Assembly (NCBI GenBank): GCA_963575745.1
Contig: CAUYUJ010000083.1
Coordinates: 62,001 to 118,616 of the forward strand
DNA from: Prorocentrum cordatum
Taxonomy: Eukaryota
DNA: 56,616 nucleotides
Direction of reading: 5' to 3'
Shown here: one piece after another, positions 40,233 through 51,040 of the stretch
Numbering within the stretch: position 1 is the first letter of the stretch
Layout: every line of letters starts with the position of its first letter
Notes under the pieces: model-generated
What the model was told of the DNA's origin: nothing
The model's database searches: none
Seen by the model: the letters and a program-made list of their open reading frames with translations, nothing else
Translations under genes and position numbers: made by a program

Positions 40233-43200
40233 CAGGCTCGGGCTCGAGCCGTCCTGGCCGCCCGCCTGCGCCCTGCAGTAGCCTCGAGCCTGGCATGGCA
40301 TCATGGCGCGCCGCCGCAGGGGAGGAGGTCATCGGCGTGCTGGAGACACCGGCGGTGCAGAGAGTCGTGCTCTCTCCACGGCGGCCCAGCGATTCGGGAG
40401 GGCCGAGGCGCGAGCCGCTGCGGCTTCCCGCGGCTCGGGAGGCGACTCCGGGGACTCAGGCGAACGTCGCGGTTCTGGAGTTGCAGCTGGCGGAGGCGAG
40501 GGCACGAGTGAGGCTCCACGCGAAGCGACTCTCCAGCAGCATGCTGACGGCAATGGAGGCAGAGGCCTCGCGACTCCGTGCCCAATTGCTGACGGCACAG
40601 ATCGAACAGACGAAGCGGGAGATTCGTGCGCAACGTTTCCAGGCGCCCTCCCCGGCACCCAGTCAGCCTTCGAGTACGGCTCTGGGTCAGCTGCCCGATC
40701 CGACGCCTTGCCCAGCGACGGTCACCGACAGGGCCTCCGCCTCGGCTGCCGGCCCGGCTCTCCACCCAGAGCCCAGCCCGGCCCCGCGGGTGACACTGTA
40801 CGCGGACGACGTGGTACGCTGGTGCCCTGCGCCGAAGTTGGCCCAAAGCGGCGCAGAGAGACCCCCGACGCCACTGGAGGCAGATCTGTACTTCGTGCCG
40901 AACTTCGTGCCGAACTGGGACCCCCTGGACGAGGAGCTGGCCTCACAGCCGGACGCCCTGGACGAGGAGATGGGCTCGCCGCCGCTGGCATAGGCAACCC
41001 CAGAAGCTTCGACCTCGCCGTGGATGATGTTGGTGATGATGATGCTCGTGAGCAGACACGGCAGGAGCACGCTCCTTTCGGGGGCGATTTGCTGCAAGCT
41101 TGGTATCATGACGCCCTGGTTCCCATCGGCCTCCTGGAAAGGTACCTCGCCGCCCCGGGCGGATCCCTGGAAGTCCTCCCCCTTCGCCTGCGGCTCGGCG
41201 CCCCGCTCGGCGCGGAGGCCGCCCAGGCGTCGGCCAGGACGCCCGGCTGTGGCGAATCTGGCGCCCCCGCAGACGCCCAGCCTGGCTCCCTGCCCGGAGC
41301 CCAGCCCGACGCCCTGCCCAGCTGCCAGCCAGGCGCCCCAGCCGACGCTCGGCCCAGCGCCCTGCCCGGCGGCCAGCCCGGCGCCCTGCCCCGCTGCACG
41401 ACCGCAGCCCCGACCGACGTGCGGCCCGACGCCCTGCCTGGCTGCCAGCCCGGAGTCCAGCCCGGCTGCGAGCCCGACGCCCTGCCCAGCTACCAGCAGC
41501 CAGGCGCCCCGGCCGACGCCCAGCCCAGCGCCCTGCCAGGCTGGGAGCACGGCGCCCCCGGCGACGCCCAGTCCGGCGCCCTGCCCGGCTGCCAGCCCGG
41601 CGCCCCGGCTGACGCTCGGCCCAGCGCCCTGCCCGGCTACCAGCCTGGCGCCCTGCACGGCTGCTCGCCGGGCGCCCCAGCCGACGCCCAGCCCAGCGCC
41701 CTGCCCTGCGGCGTGGCTGGCGCCCTGCCTGGCTGTCTGCCCCGCGACGCCCAGCCCGGCTGCAAGCCCGGCGCCCTGCCCTGCTACCAGCAGCCTGGCG
41801 CCCCAGCCGACGCCCAGCTCGGCGCCCTGCCCGGCTGCGAGCACGGCGCCCCCGCTGACGCTCAGCCTGGCGCCCTGCCCGGCGCGCCGCCCGGCGCCCT
41901 GCCCGACTGCCAACCCAGCGCCTGCAGCGACGCCCAGCCCGACGCCCCGGCCGACCGGCCCAGCGCCCTACCCGGCTACCAGCCCGGCGCCCTGCGCGGC
42001 GGCACGCCGGGCGCCCCAGCCGACGCCCAGCCCAGCACCCTGCCCTGCAGCGAGGCTGGCGCCCTGCCGGGCCTGCCTGCCTGCTCAGCGACGCCCTGCC
42101 CGGCGACCAGCAGCCTGGCGCCCCAGCCGACGCCCAGCTCGGCGCCCTGCCCGGCTGCGAGCCCGGCGCCCTCGCTGACGCCCAGCCTGGCGCCCTGCCC
42201 GGCGCGCAGCCCGGCGCCCTGCCTGGCTGCCAACCCAGCGCCCCCGGCAACGCCCAGCCCCGCGCCCTGCTCGGCTGCCAGCTCAGCGCCCCGGCCGACG
42301 CTCGGCCCAGCGCCCTGCCCGGCTACCAGCCCGGCGCCCTGCGCGGCTGCACGCCGGGCGCCCCGGCCGACGCCCAGCCCGGCACCCTGCCCTGCGGCGA
42401 GGCTGGCGCCCTGCCTGGCTGCCTGCCCAGCGACGCCCTGCCCGGCTGCAAGCCCGACGCCCATGCCCAGCTACCAGCAGCCCGGCGCCCCAGCCGACGC
42501 CCAGCTCGGCGCCCTGCCCGGCTGCGAGCCCAGCGCCCCCGCTGACGCCCAGCCTGGCGCCCTGCCCGGCGCGCAGCCCGGCGCCCTGCCCGGCTGCCAA
42601 CCCAGCGCCTCTGGCGACGCCCAGCCCGACGCGCTGCCCAGCTGCCAGCCCGGCGCCCCGGCCGACCGGCCCAGCGCCCTACCCGGCTACCAGCCCGGCG
42701 CCCTGCGCGGCGGCACGCCGGGCGCCCCGGCCGATGCCCAGCCCGGCACCCTGCCCTGCAGCGAGGCTGGCGCCCTGCCGGGCCTGCCTGCCTGCTCAGC
42801 CACGCTGCCCGGCGCGCTGCCCGGCTGCGAGCCCAGCGCCCCCGCGGGCGCCCAGCCCGGCGCCCTGCCCGGCTGCGTGGCCGGCGCCCAGCCCAGCGCT
42901 CTGCCCGGCTGGGAGGCCGGCGCCCCGCCCGGCTGCCAGCCCGGCGCCTCGGCCAGCGCCCTGCCCGTCGCCCGGCCCGGCGCCGGGCCCCGAGCGCAGG
43001 CCGTCGTGAGCTACGCCTCTGCGTCGTCTGGCCCGTCGGGCCCCTCGCGCTCGCAGCAGCAGTGCAGCGCGGAATGCCTAGCCGTGTTGGCGAAGATCAG
43101 GACATGGAACGAGAACGGGGTGGAGGCCCGCACCATTCTGGAACGACTAGACCACAGCGCGGAGCGCCTGCAGCGCAGGGGCACGGACCGACGGGATCGC

Positions 43201-43920
43201 TTGCTGCTGCGACGAGGGGTGGCGCACGCAGCGGCTGCGCAGACAATGCGCGCCCGCAGCGGCATCTCTGAATTCACGGGTTCGTCTGCTTGACGCGCCT
43301 CGGCATGATGTTTTTTTTGTCGACCGCCCCGAGCTCCGCTGATCGCGCCTTCCGTGTGCTCCTGCCCCGTCGCCGAGGCGGCGGCGCCGTCCATGCGCAG
43401 GGTGCTGTCAGTTATCGGGGCACTTCGGCGTCATCTACACAATCTAAATGTGTCCTCCCGAGGACTTCTGGCACTCACCATGCTCTTCTCTGGTCAGGCA
43501 TTCGTTCGGAGGTCCTTTCTGCAAGGCTCATTTCGTCAGTCTCGGCCGCCCCTACATCGGCGCGTTCACGTTCGGAGGTCCTTCCACGAGGCTCAGTTCG
43601 TCATTGCCGGCCGCCCCGTGGGCATCTTTGTGGTCGGAGGTTCTTCCTGCAAGGCTCTGCTCGCCATTGCCCGCCGCTCCGTCATGGGCGTGTTCCGGGT
43701 TTGGAGGTCCTTTCATCAAGGCTCTGCTCGTCGTCAGCGCCGCTGCTACCCTCGGTACATCTTCTGAGGTACATCTTCTGAGGTGCGCCGCTGCTCCCCG
43801 CATGGTCCAGTAGTAGATTTCTCGCCGCCGGCCGTCTTAGGCGCTCGCCGTCTTCTGATAGCTTTTCGCCGGCGCCCCGTGGAAGCCCCCTGGAGCCCCC
43901 CTGAGGCCCCCCCCAAAAAA
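40233..43920 (+). mobile_element. Poly(A)-tailed retroposon-like element or retrocopy with a repetitive ORF
   Basis: Complex sequence sharply bounded by (GAT)n on both sides; ORF 40295..40993; QPGALPG array; ~65-bp 3' repeats; A6 at 43915-43920. Confidence 0.5.
41260..42965 (+). repeat. Coding-like tandem array (QPGALPGC/QPGAPADA, built from 12-bp CAGCCCGGCGCC units)
   Basis: Visible in the DNA and in ORF 40303..43293; register is lost between about 42070 and 42460. Confidence 0.85.
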
Positions 43921-43987
43921 GAGATGATGATGGTGATGATGATGCTGATGATGATGATGATGATGATGATGATTATGATGATGATGG

Positions 43988-44019
<32 letters not shown>

Positions 44020-44021
<2 letters not shown>

Positions 44022-44119
44022 AGGAGTGCGTGCACAGACATGGGGAGAGAGAGCAGCTTGTCGCCGTCCACGCTTGTTCAGCCTTTGCTCTTTGCTCCGC
44101 TCTGCAGTCTTTTTGGCTC
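44020..44119 (+). repeat. Split direct repeat A1
   Basis: Identical to 50513-50644 except for the length of the (GA)n run. Confidence 0.95.
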
Positions 44120-44156
44120 ACAGGGTTGAGCCTGCGACCTTCGGCCTGGGCATCTT

Positions 44157-45908
44157 ATGGCTGGAGGGCCCCTCCAGAAGCTGCTGCTGTTGGCGGGCCA
44201 CGAGGCGCTGACTTACTGGCTTCTGCGCCCCGCGTCGCCTGTGGAGCCCGCGTGTCGTGCCTGCGAGTGCGTGTGCCCCGCGGCGATCGAGCTGCCGTGC
44301 CCGCTGCCCAAGGCGGAGAGGGCGCCTGGCGGCTCGCCCTGGCATTCGGTGCTGCAGGCTTTCGGCGCGGGGGTGGCAGGACAGCTCGTGGGGCGCGGTC
44401 TCTGGGAGTGTGGTCGGCGGGCCTGCTCCTGCTGCGGTCGCTTCCGACGCTATGGCGATCGCGCCGCTCGCCGCCGCGGACTCGGAGTTCTGGAGGACTC
44501 TGATGCCGGGGTCTCGTCTGCCGGCATGGTGCGCCGACGACAGCGTCTGGCACGAGAGGCTGGCAGCCTGGCCGATAGCGGGCCTCACTGGGTGCTCCGG
44601 ACTCCCGACAAGGACCTCTGCCCGGAGTACTTGGACGGGTCGGACCCCGAGGGCCTCGAGCGGGCGATTCCCTTGCTGGTGGACGGGAGGCCCCCTCGGC
44701 TGGGGGCTCAGGCGTATCGGTTCCCGCAGCCCCCGACCGAGGACGAGCTGAAGGCCGTGATCCGTGAGGGAGCCGCGCAAGCCGAGGAGATCACGCGGGC
44801 GGCTGGTCTGGAGCTGCAGCGGCCCAAGCGGGTGATGGTGCGCTTCGGAGAGGTCAAGGGGCTGGGCGAGTTCTCTGGCGGGAGCTTTCTTCCACGCCGC
44901 CTCACTCGCCGCCCTGCGGCCTCGGGCTCGGCTGCCATAGGCGACGAGGCTCCCGAGGTGTTCCCTGCGCGCGGGCCTGGGCCGCCCATCGGCGGGCATG
45001 GGTGGATGCTGGCCGAGCCGTCCGTGATTGGGGCGGTGGGCTCCATCGTGGCGCTCGAGGCGAATGACGTGCGAGTGGACAAGTACGATGCGTTGGTGGA
45101 CCGCGGGGGCGGCTATCGTCGGGCAACCTGCGTTCGATCGGACCTCGTCCCGCAGTTCGTGGCCGACTGGTGTGGCACGGCGCGTGCGGAGCTGCTGGTG
45201 GCTGGCCAGGATCAGCCGGGGGCGGGCCGCGCGCTGACCATCCTGGGGGAGGGCGCCGCTGAGCCTGGGGCGCCAGCCTCCGCCGCCGACGGCGGCGATG
45301 CTCGGACGCTCTGGCTGGACTGCGACGAGCAAGGTGGCAGACACACGGACTTTCGCAAGTGCTGCCGGGAGTCTCACGGCGTGGTCGACCCCGACTCCCC
45401 GCTGCAAGGGCCCGCGACCGTGCTCACGGTGATGCGCCACATGGAGCGGCACGGGGGCAACCCGCGCTCGTGGCTCGCCATCTGGGCTCGAGAGAGGCGC
45501 ATCGAGGTCTCCGGTCGCGTGGCGCACGAGATGCGGTGTCTCATCGACATCCTCTTCCTCGGGGCCACCTGCGACCAGATCAACCTGCCAGCGTTGGCGA
45601 GCATGGAGGTGGCCGTCCGTCGGATTCAGACGCCGAACTGGCAGCTCGCGCGCTACTTCTCGGGAGCTACGGCAGCGGTCGACGCCATCTCGCCCGAGAT
45701 GCTCCAGTACGTGGCCAGGAGGGCGAAGGAGGACGCGGGCATCGCTGCAGGCGCTCAGCGGGCTCGCACGCTCCAACCGAGTCCCGACGAGGAGGAGGCT
45801 CCGGAGGGGAGCGCAGGAGGAGGATCCCGGGGGAGGGGCGGCCGAGGCCGCGGCGGTGGCGCGGAGGGCCGCGGCCGTGGCAGTGGCGCCCCCCCCGGGG
45901 CCCAATGA
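44157..45908 (+). CDS. gag-like ORF1 of the DIRS-order element (583 aa)
   Basis: Long complex ORF directly upstream of RT with an RGG-rich C-terminus; assigned by position; true start uncertain. Confidence 0.7.
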   Translation: MAGGPLQKLLLLAGHEALTYWLLRPASPVEPACRACECVCPAAIELPCPLPKAERAPGGSPWHSVLQAFGAGVAGQLVGRGLWECGRRACSCCGRFRRYGDRAARRRGLGVLEDSDAGVSSAGMVRRRQRLAREAGSLADSGPHWVLRTPDKDLCPEYLDGSDPEGLERAIPLLVDGRPPRLGAQAYRFPQPPTEDELKAVIREGAAQAEEITRAAGLELQRPKRVMVRFGEVKGLGEFSGGSFLPRRLTRRPAASGSAAIGDEAPEVFPARGPGPPIGGHGWMLAEPSVIGAVGSIVALEANDVRVDKYDALVDRGGGYRRATCVRSDLVPQFVADWCGTARAELLVAGQDQPGAGRALTILGEGAAEPGAPASAADGGDARTLWLDCDEQGGRHTDFRKCCRESHGVVDPDSPLQGPATVLTVMRHMERHGGNPRSWLAIWARERRIEVSGRVAHEMRCLIDILFLGATCDQINLPALASMEVAVRRIQTPNWQLARYFSGATAAVDAISPEMLQYVARRAKEDAGIAAGAQRARTLQPSPDEEEAPEGSAGGGSRGRGGRGRGGGAEGRGRGSGAPPGAQ

Positions 45909-45914
45909 CCGCCC

Positions 45915-48893
45915 GTGAGCGCGGCGGCGGGAATGGGCCCCCTCCCGCCGAGACGTTTCGGCCCACGTCGGCTGCCTTACCGCCGGGGCGGGGGCTCGCG
46001 CTTGCTCTTCCCGACCCCCTTGGTGGCGGAGGGCGTCTTCAACCGACATCGCCGTGAGCGACGTGGACCTCGTGGGCAGCGGCGTATCTTCGTGGTCGTG
46101 AACCGTGCGATCTGGGCGCTTAACTGGCTGGAGGGACTCGAGAGCAGCACTTCATTGCATCGGTGCGAGTTCACTGGCATGCATGATGAGGTCGTGGCGC
46201 GCATCGAGGGCCTGGTCAGATCCCAGGAGCCGACAGCTGACGCACCCTCTCCGAGATCGTCGTTTTTGGAGATGATCCGTGGCGTTTCACTGTATGAGGA
46301 ATGCCAATCGAACATTGCCCCCTTCCAGTTGCGCCTCGTGTCACTGCCGGCCGACGTCTCCACGGCGCCGTCCGTGTACGACTTGGTCGACCAGCAGGGG
46401 CGCCTTTTCCTGGAGGGTTGTGGAGAGCGTATTCTACGTGACATCAGCGAGTTCGTGGACTTGCGGCAGCGGGAGCCCGTCAAGCCGTGCTCTGATCCTC
46501 GCCTTGGTCGATCGCGTCGCCAGTGCCTTCGGTTCTTCCGACGCCTACACGGTGTAGGCATGCTCCGGTACACCGCGCGACCCATCGACTTCATCGGGTC
46601 CTTCTTCGTCTGGAAGAAGGGTAAGACCAAGCAAAGACTCAGTTTGGACGGTCGAGCAGCCAACCAGCGCTTCGCCCAGCCACCTCACGTCGACTTGCTG
46701 ACCGCGGAGGGCCTGGCCTCCATCGAGGTTTTCGTGGACGAGGACCCCGAGCTGACCAGCGACCTCGGCCGCGGCGCTCTTCGTGCACTTCGCATTGCCC
46801 TCGGCGTCGCAGACGTGGAGAACTGTTTCCACCGCGTGATCATGCCCCCGTGGATGAGCCGCGCGTTCTGCTACGAGCCCGTGCTCGCCGCGGAGGTCGA
46901 TCCCGCAGGGCTACCTCTGGTCGAGGGCGACGTGGCCTCAGGGAGCACCCAGGTGTGGCCCGCCGCGCGCCCTTTGCCGATGGGCTTTGCTTGGGGCCTC
47001 TACTTCTGCCAGAACGCCAACACCAGACTCTCGGGCAGCGCGCCGCTCCTTCACCGCGCCCGCCTGCTGTCGGATCGCGGGGAGTCGGCCGTGTTCGAGA
47101 CAGGCGCCCCCGTGACGGACCTCTGGCGGTACGTCTACGTGGGCAACCTCGGGGTCCTGGGCAGGGGCGCCGACACGGTGGGCGCCGCCCCCTCTGAGCA
47201 GGTGCAGGTCTTTAGCGAGAACGGGTTGGACATCCACGAAGTCGAGCTCTTCACCGAGAAGGGCTCCGCGCTGGGAGTTGACCTCGATGGCTCGCGGCTT
47301 GCGACCCTCCTCACGTCGAAGCGCCGGTGCAGGATCGAGAAGGGGCTGCTCTACCTCCTCCAGCGTGGGCGAGCCAGCGGGCAGATGGTGGAGAGCATCC
47401 TCGGGCACTGTACCTACGCCGCCCTGATCAAGAGAGAGACCATGGCTGTTTTCGCGGCTTCGTACGCTTTCGTGCGCGCCACTTACACGAAGGACATCGA
47501 GCTTTGGGACTCGGTCAAGGCAGAGTTCGGTGCTTTCTTGGGGCTGTTGGTGTTCATGCAGAGCGACTGGTGGCTGCTGTGGAACAGGGGCGTCACTGCG
47601 TCGGGCGCGTCCCCCGAGGGCTTCGGCATCGTGAGCTCGCGCTGGCCATCCCGTGATGTGGCGAGTGTCGGGCGAGTCCGAGAGCGAGGTCGTTTCCGCC
47701 GCGGGGGGCCGGTTGCCCCCCGGGACTCCGCTATGACAGCCGCTGGGCTCGTGCTCGAGGACGGCGTCTGGCGGCCGCGCGCGGAGGAGGAGCTGGAGGA
47801 GGGCTGGTCCATCGTCGAGGGCTTTCCCGAGGTGCCGGCTCGCCTCCTCCATCCTGAGGGTTGGCGAGTGTGCCGCGCTGGTACGTGGGGGCGCCAGGGG
47901 CACATCACTTTGCTGGAGGCGCGCGCGCTGCTGGCCTCCGTGCGGCGGCTTGCACAGGTCGCCGTCGGCGGCAACCGCAGGCACCTCCACCTCTGCGACA
48001 ACGTGGGCGTCGTGCTGGCTGTGAGTCGGTGCCGCTGCCGGGACTTCATGCTGCTGACCGTCCTGCGCAAGCTCACTGGATTCCTGCTGGCTCGCAATAT
48101 TAAGCTTTACGTGAGGTGGGTTCCCAGCGAGCTCAACTTCGGTGACGAGCCGTCCCGTATCTTGTCAGAGAAAGCATCATCGTCTCTTGCTTGGGTCATT
48201 CCCGACTTCGTGCGCCGGGCGCCGCCGCCGCAGGCCCAAGCTGATGAGTGCCGGGCAGAAGCGCCAGCGGACCCTTGCCGCGCGGGCGCCGGCGTATGCG
48301 GGCGGACGAGGACGCTGGCAGCGGCAAGGCCGCGGCTGCAGGGCCGCGCGGCCGCGCAGAGAGGGCCTCTGAGGACGAGGCAGCTCTCGCCACGCGTGCC
48401 GCTAGAGGAGCTGCTGCTACCGAGTCCGCCCCGTCGCCAGACCCTCGAGGAGTGGGCCAAGCAGGTCGTGCGCGAGGGGAAAGGCGACTACGTCGAGAAG
48501 CGCGTCACTCGGAGGCAGCGCACCTCGAGCTCCTCCAGCACTGGGCCCGCGTCCGAGGGCCCCGGTCGGGCCGCCCGCCGAGAGAGGACGCTGGCCACGC
48601 GCTCGAGGCGGCGGCTCTGGAACTACCTCGAGGAGAAGTTCAGGGTCTCGCACGAGGTCTTCGAGGGGGCGGCTTTCAAGACCTTTGCAGCGGCGCGGGG
48701 CCTGAACGTGGAGCGCGCCGAGGCCGACGCCTTGGACGCCGCTTTCGCGTCGTGCCTCGAGACGTGCTTCTGCAAGGGCTTGCAGCCGTCCACTGGGGCG
48801 AAGGCGCTGGCGGGCTGGATCCACCTCCACCCGGCCTGCGGACGCAGGGGCTCTCTGAAGCTGCCCCGCGCCTGGAGGGCGCTGCAGGGCTGA
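45915..48893 (+). pseudogene. Reverse transcriptase-RNase H plus recombinase N-terminal region, with catalytic substitutions
   Basis: FFVWKK..QRL..D.R, DVENCFH, LPMGFAW, YVGN (for YVDN/YxDD), SGAS (for SDAS), HITLLEARA, CDN, WVPSELNFGDEPSR. Confidence 0.85.
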
Positions 48894-49560
48894 CAGAAGC
48901 TGTGCCCAGGGCGCTCCCGCAGGCCGGGGGGGCTGGGGGTGTGGTACGGGCTCGCGAACGCCATGTGCCATCTCAGCCGCCTTCGGATTGCCGTGTTCGT
49001 GATCATGGCCGTCTCGACCTACCTCAGGCCAGGCGTGTTGCTGACGGTGCAGGGCAGCGATCTCATCCCACCAGCGCAGGGCGTGACCCGGCACTGGGCG
49101 GTGCTCGTGCACCCGCAGGAGCGTTTGGGGCGCAGCATGACTGGAGAGTCAGATGTGTCGATCCTGCTGGACAGCGATTGGAAGAAGGAGCTGAACCTGC
49201 TGTGGGAGCGTCTGCGAGCTGTGACGGGAGGGGGGCCGCTGTGGGACTTGGACTACGGGGAGTACCTGCACACCTTCCGCCAGGCGGCGCGGCTGATCGG
49301 AGCGCCCGGCCTCGTACCTTACCAGACGCGGCACAGCGGGCCGAGCGTGGACAGAGCGCGAGGCTCGCGCTCCCTTTTAGAGGTGCAGAAGCGGGGCCAG
49401 TGGAAGTCGAACAAGAGTGTGGCTCGTTACGAGAAGCACGACAGGCTGTCCGACTCTTTTCACCGCCCCTCGGCCGCGCTTCAGGCGTACTTTCGAGAGT
49501 GCGAGCATCGCGGCGCGGAGATCGTCTTCCACGCGCGGCTCGTGCCTCTCCCATGTTCGC
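48894..49560 (+). pseudogene. Tyrosine recombinase catalytic domain
   Basis: Same frame as RT after TGA at 48891-48893; YLRPG (R at 49026), YQTRHSG (49320-), RGQW..SVARYEK (Y at 49428). Confidence 0.85.
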
Positions 49561-49580
49561 CCATGTTCGGAGCGCAGCTG

Positions 49581-50301
49581 ATGCAGGACACCTACGTTGC
49601 AGACACCTTCGCTGGCCAGGGCGCGACGGCTCGGCTTCCAGGCACGGACCTGGGAGATCGCGCATGGAGAGCACGGCGACCTCACCTCCGCCCGCGTTTT
49701 AAGGGCGTTCCTCTCAGGCGTTCGACGAGGTCGGTGTCTCGGGGCGATGATTGCGCCGCCATGCAGCAGTTCTAGTATTGCACGCGTTCGCACAGCGTCC
49801 ATCCGATCCGCGTCTCGGCCGTGGGGGTCTTCAAGGAAGGAGGTCAGTTTAAAGGACTGGATGAAACTCAAGGAGGGTAACAAGTGTTGTAGAGCTTGTC
49901 TTGCTATAATTCGCGAGTGTAACGCCGTTGGTGCCCCGTGGATTCTCGAGAACCCTTACGCTAGCTATATGTTTTAAACCAGTGAGTTCCAGCGCCTGGC
50001 CTCCTCCCCCTCGGTGGCGCCTTCGAGGATAGATTTCTGTCAGTTCGGCGCTCCCTGGAAAAAGCCCACCACTTTGTTGTGCGGAAACATTCCCGTCCAG
50101 GATCTCGAGGGACTTTCGCGGCAGTGCCAGGGCACCAGGGGCGTTTGTAGCCGAACGGGATGCAAGCGCGTTATTCTGTCAGGCCCGGCTCCAAGTGGCC
50201 AACGGTGGACGCAGATAGCTCAGTCGTATCCACAGCAGCTCAATCGTGCGCTAGCCCGTGCTCTTGTGGCCTCTCTGCGAGCCATATTCTTTCAAGCCTG
50301 A
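49581..50301 (+). pseudogene. C5-cytosine DNA methyltransferase-like domain (one frameshift, one stop)
   Basis: Motif I DTFAGQG (49602-49622), motif IV APPCSS (PPC at 49756-49764), motif VI ILENP (49948), DFCQFGAPWKKPT, AQSYP; TAA at 49975-49977. Confidence 0.8.
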
Positions 50302-50335
50302 GTCACATCCACTGCTGTTTCGGGATGGGTTGGGA

Positions 50336-50514
50336 CATCCTTCGAGCGGAGGCTCGCTGTGCCTCACAGTTTTTGCTCGGCCTCTCGCTTGCAGTCTCAT
50401 CGCGATGACTAAGCATTGTTCTCGAAGACAGATTTCCGCAGGCGCTTCGCCAGGAGAAGAGAACAGGCTCCTCAGGGCTCTGTGGTTTGTATCTCGCCAG
50501 GCTCGCAGCCCCAT
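50336..50514 (+). repeat. Split direct repeat B1
   Basis: 179 bp; 2 mismatches vs 50685-50863. Confidence 0.95.
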
Positions 50515-50535
50515 AGGAGTGCGTGCACAGACATG

Positions 50536-50579
<44 letters not shown>

Positions 50580-50644
50580 AGCTTGTCGCCGTCCACGCTT
50601 GTTCAGCCTTTGCTCTTTGCTCCGCTCTGCAGTCTTTTTGGCTC
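50513..50644 (+). repeat. Split direct repeat A2
   Basis: Abuts B1 sharing the AT dinucleotide; expanded (GA)n. Confidence 0.95.
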
Positions 50645-50684
50645 CCACCCGCGGCCGCCCATTCAATGTCTTATGTAGCAGGGG

Positions 50685-50863
50685 CATCCTTCGAGCGGAG
50701 GCTCGCTGTGCCTCGCAGTTTTTGCTCGGCCTCTCGCTTGCAGTCTCATCGCGATGATTAAGCATTGTTCTCGAAGACAGATTTCCGCAGGCGCTTCGCC
50801 AGGAGAAGAGAACAGGCTCCTCAGGGCTCTGTGGTTTGTATCTCGCCAGGCTCGCAGCCCCAT
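50685..50863 (+). repeat. Split direct repeat B2
   Basis: Copy of B1 ending CCCCAT, followed by (GAT)n. Confidence 0.95.
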
Positions 50864-51040
50864 GATGATGATGATGATGATGATGATGATGCTGATGATG
50901 ACAGTGATGATGCTGATGATGATGATGATGATGATGCTGATGATGATGATGGTGATGATGATGATGGTGGTGGTGGTGGTGTTGGTGATGATGATGATGA
51001 TGCTAATGATGAGAAAGAGCGTGTTCTATCGCTGCTGGCG

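Larger units (their letters stand above)
44020..50863 (+). mobile_element. Tyrosine-recombinase (DIRS-order) retrotransposon with split direct repeats, carrying a DNMT-like domain
   Basis: A1-gag-RT/RNase H-YR-MTase-B1-A2-B2 layout; (GAT)n on both flanks. Confidence 0.92.

Noticed and set aside
40795..40815. LYADD motif in ORF 40295..40993 as a reverse transcriptase site
   Set aside because: No other RT motifs around it; the context is Pro/Ala-rich low complexity.
44118..46049. 643-aa minus-strand ORF, and + strand ORF 48248..49702
   Set aside because: Shadow frames of the GC3-rich retrotransposon ORFs.
50336..50863. B1/B2 as conventional LTRs or an assembly duplication
   Set aside because: The A1-B1A2-B2 geometry, YR instead of DDE integrase, and mismatches between copies fit split direct repeats.
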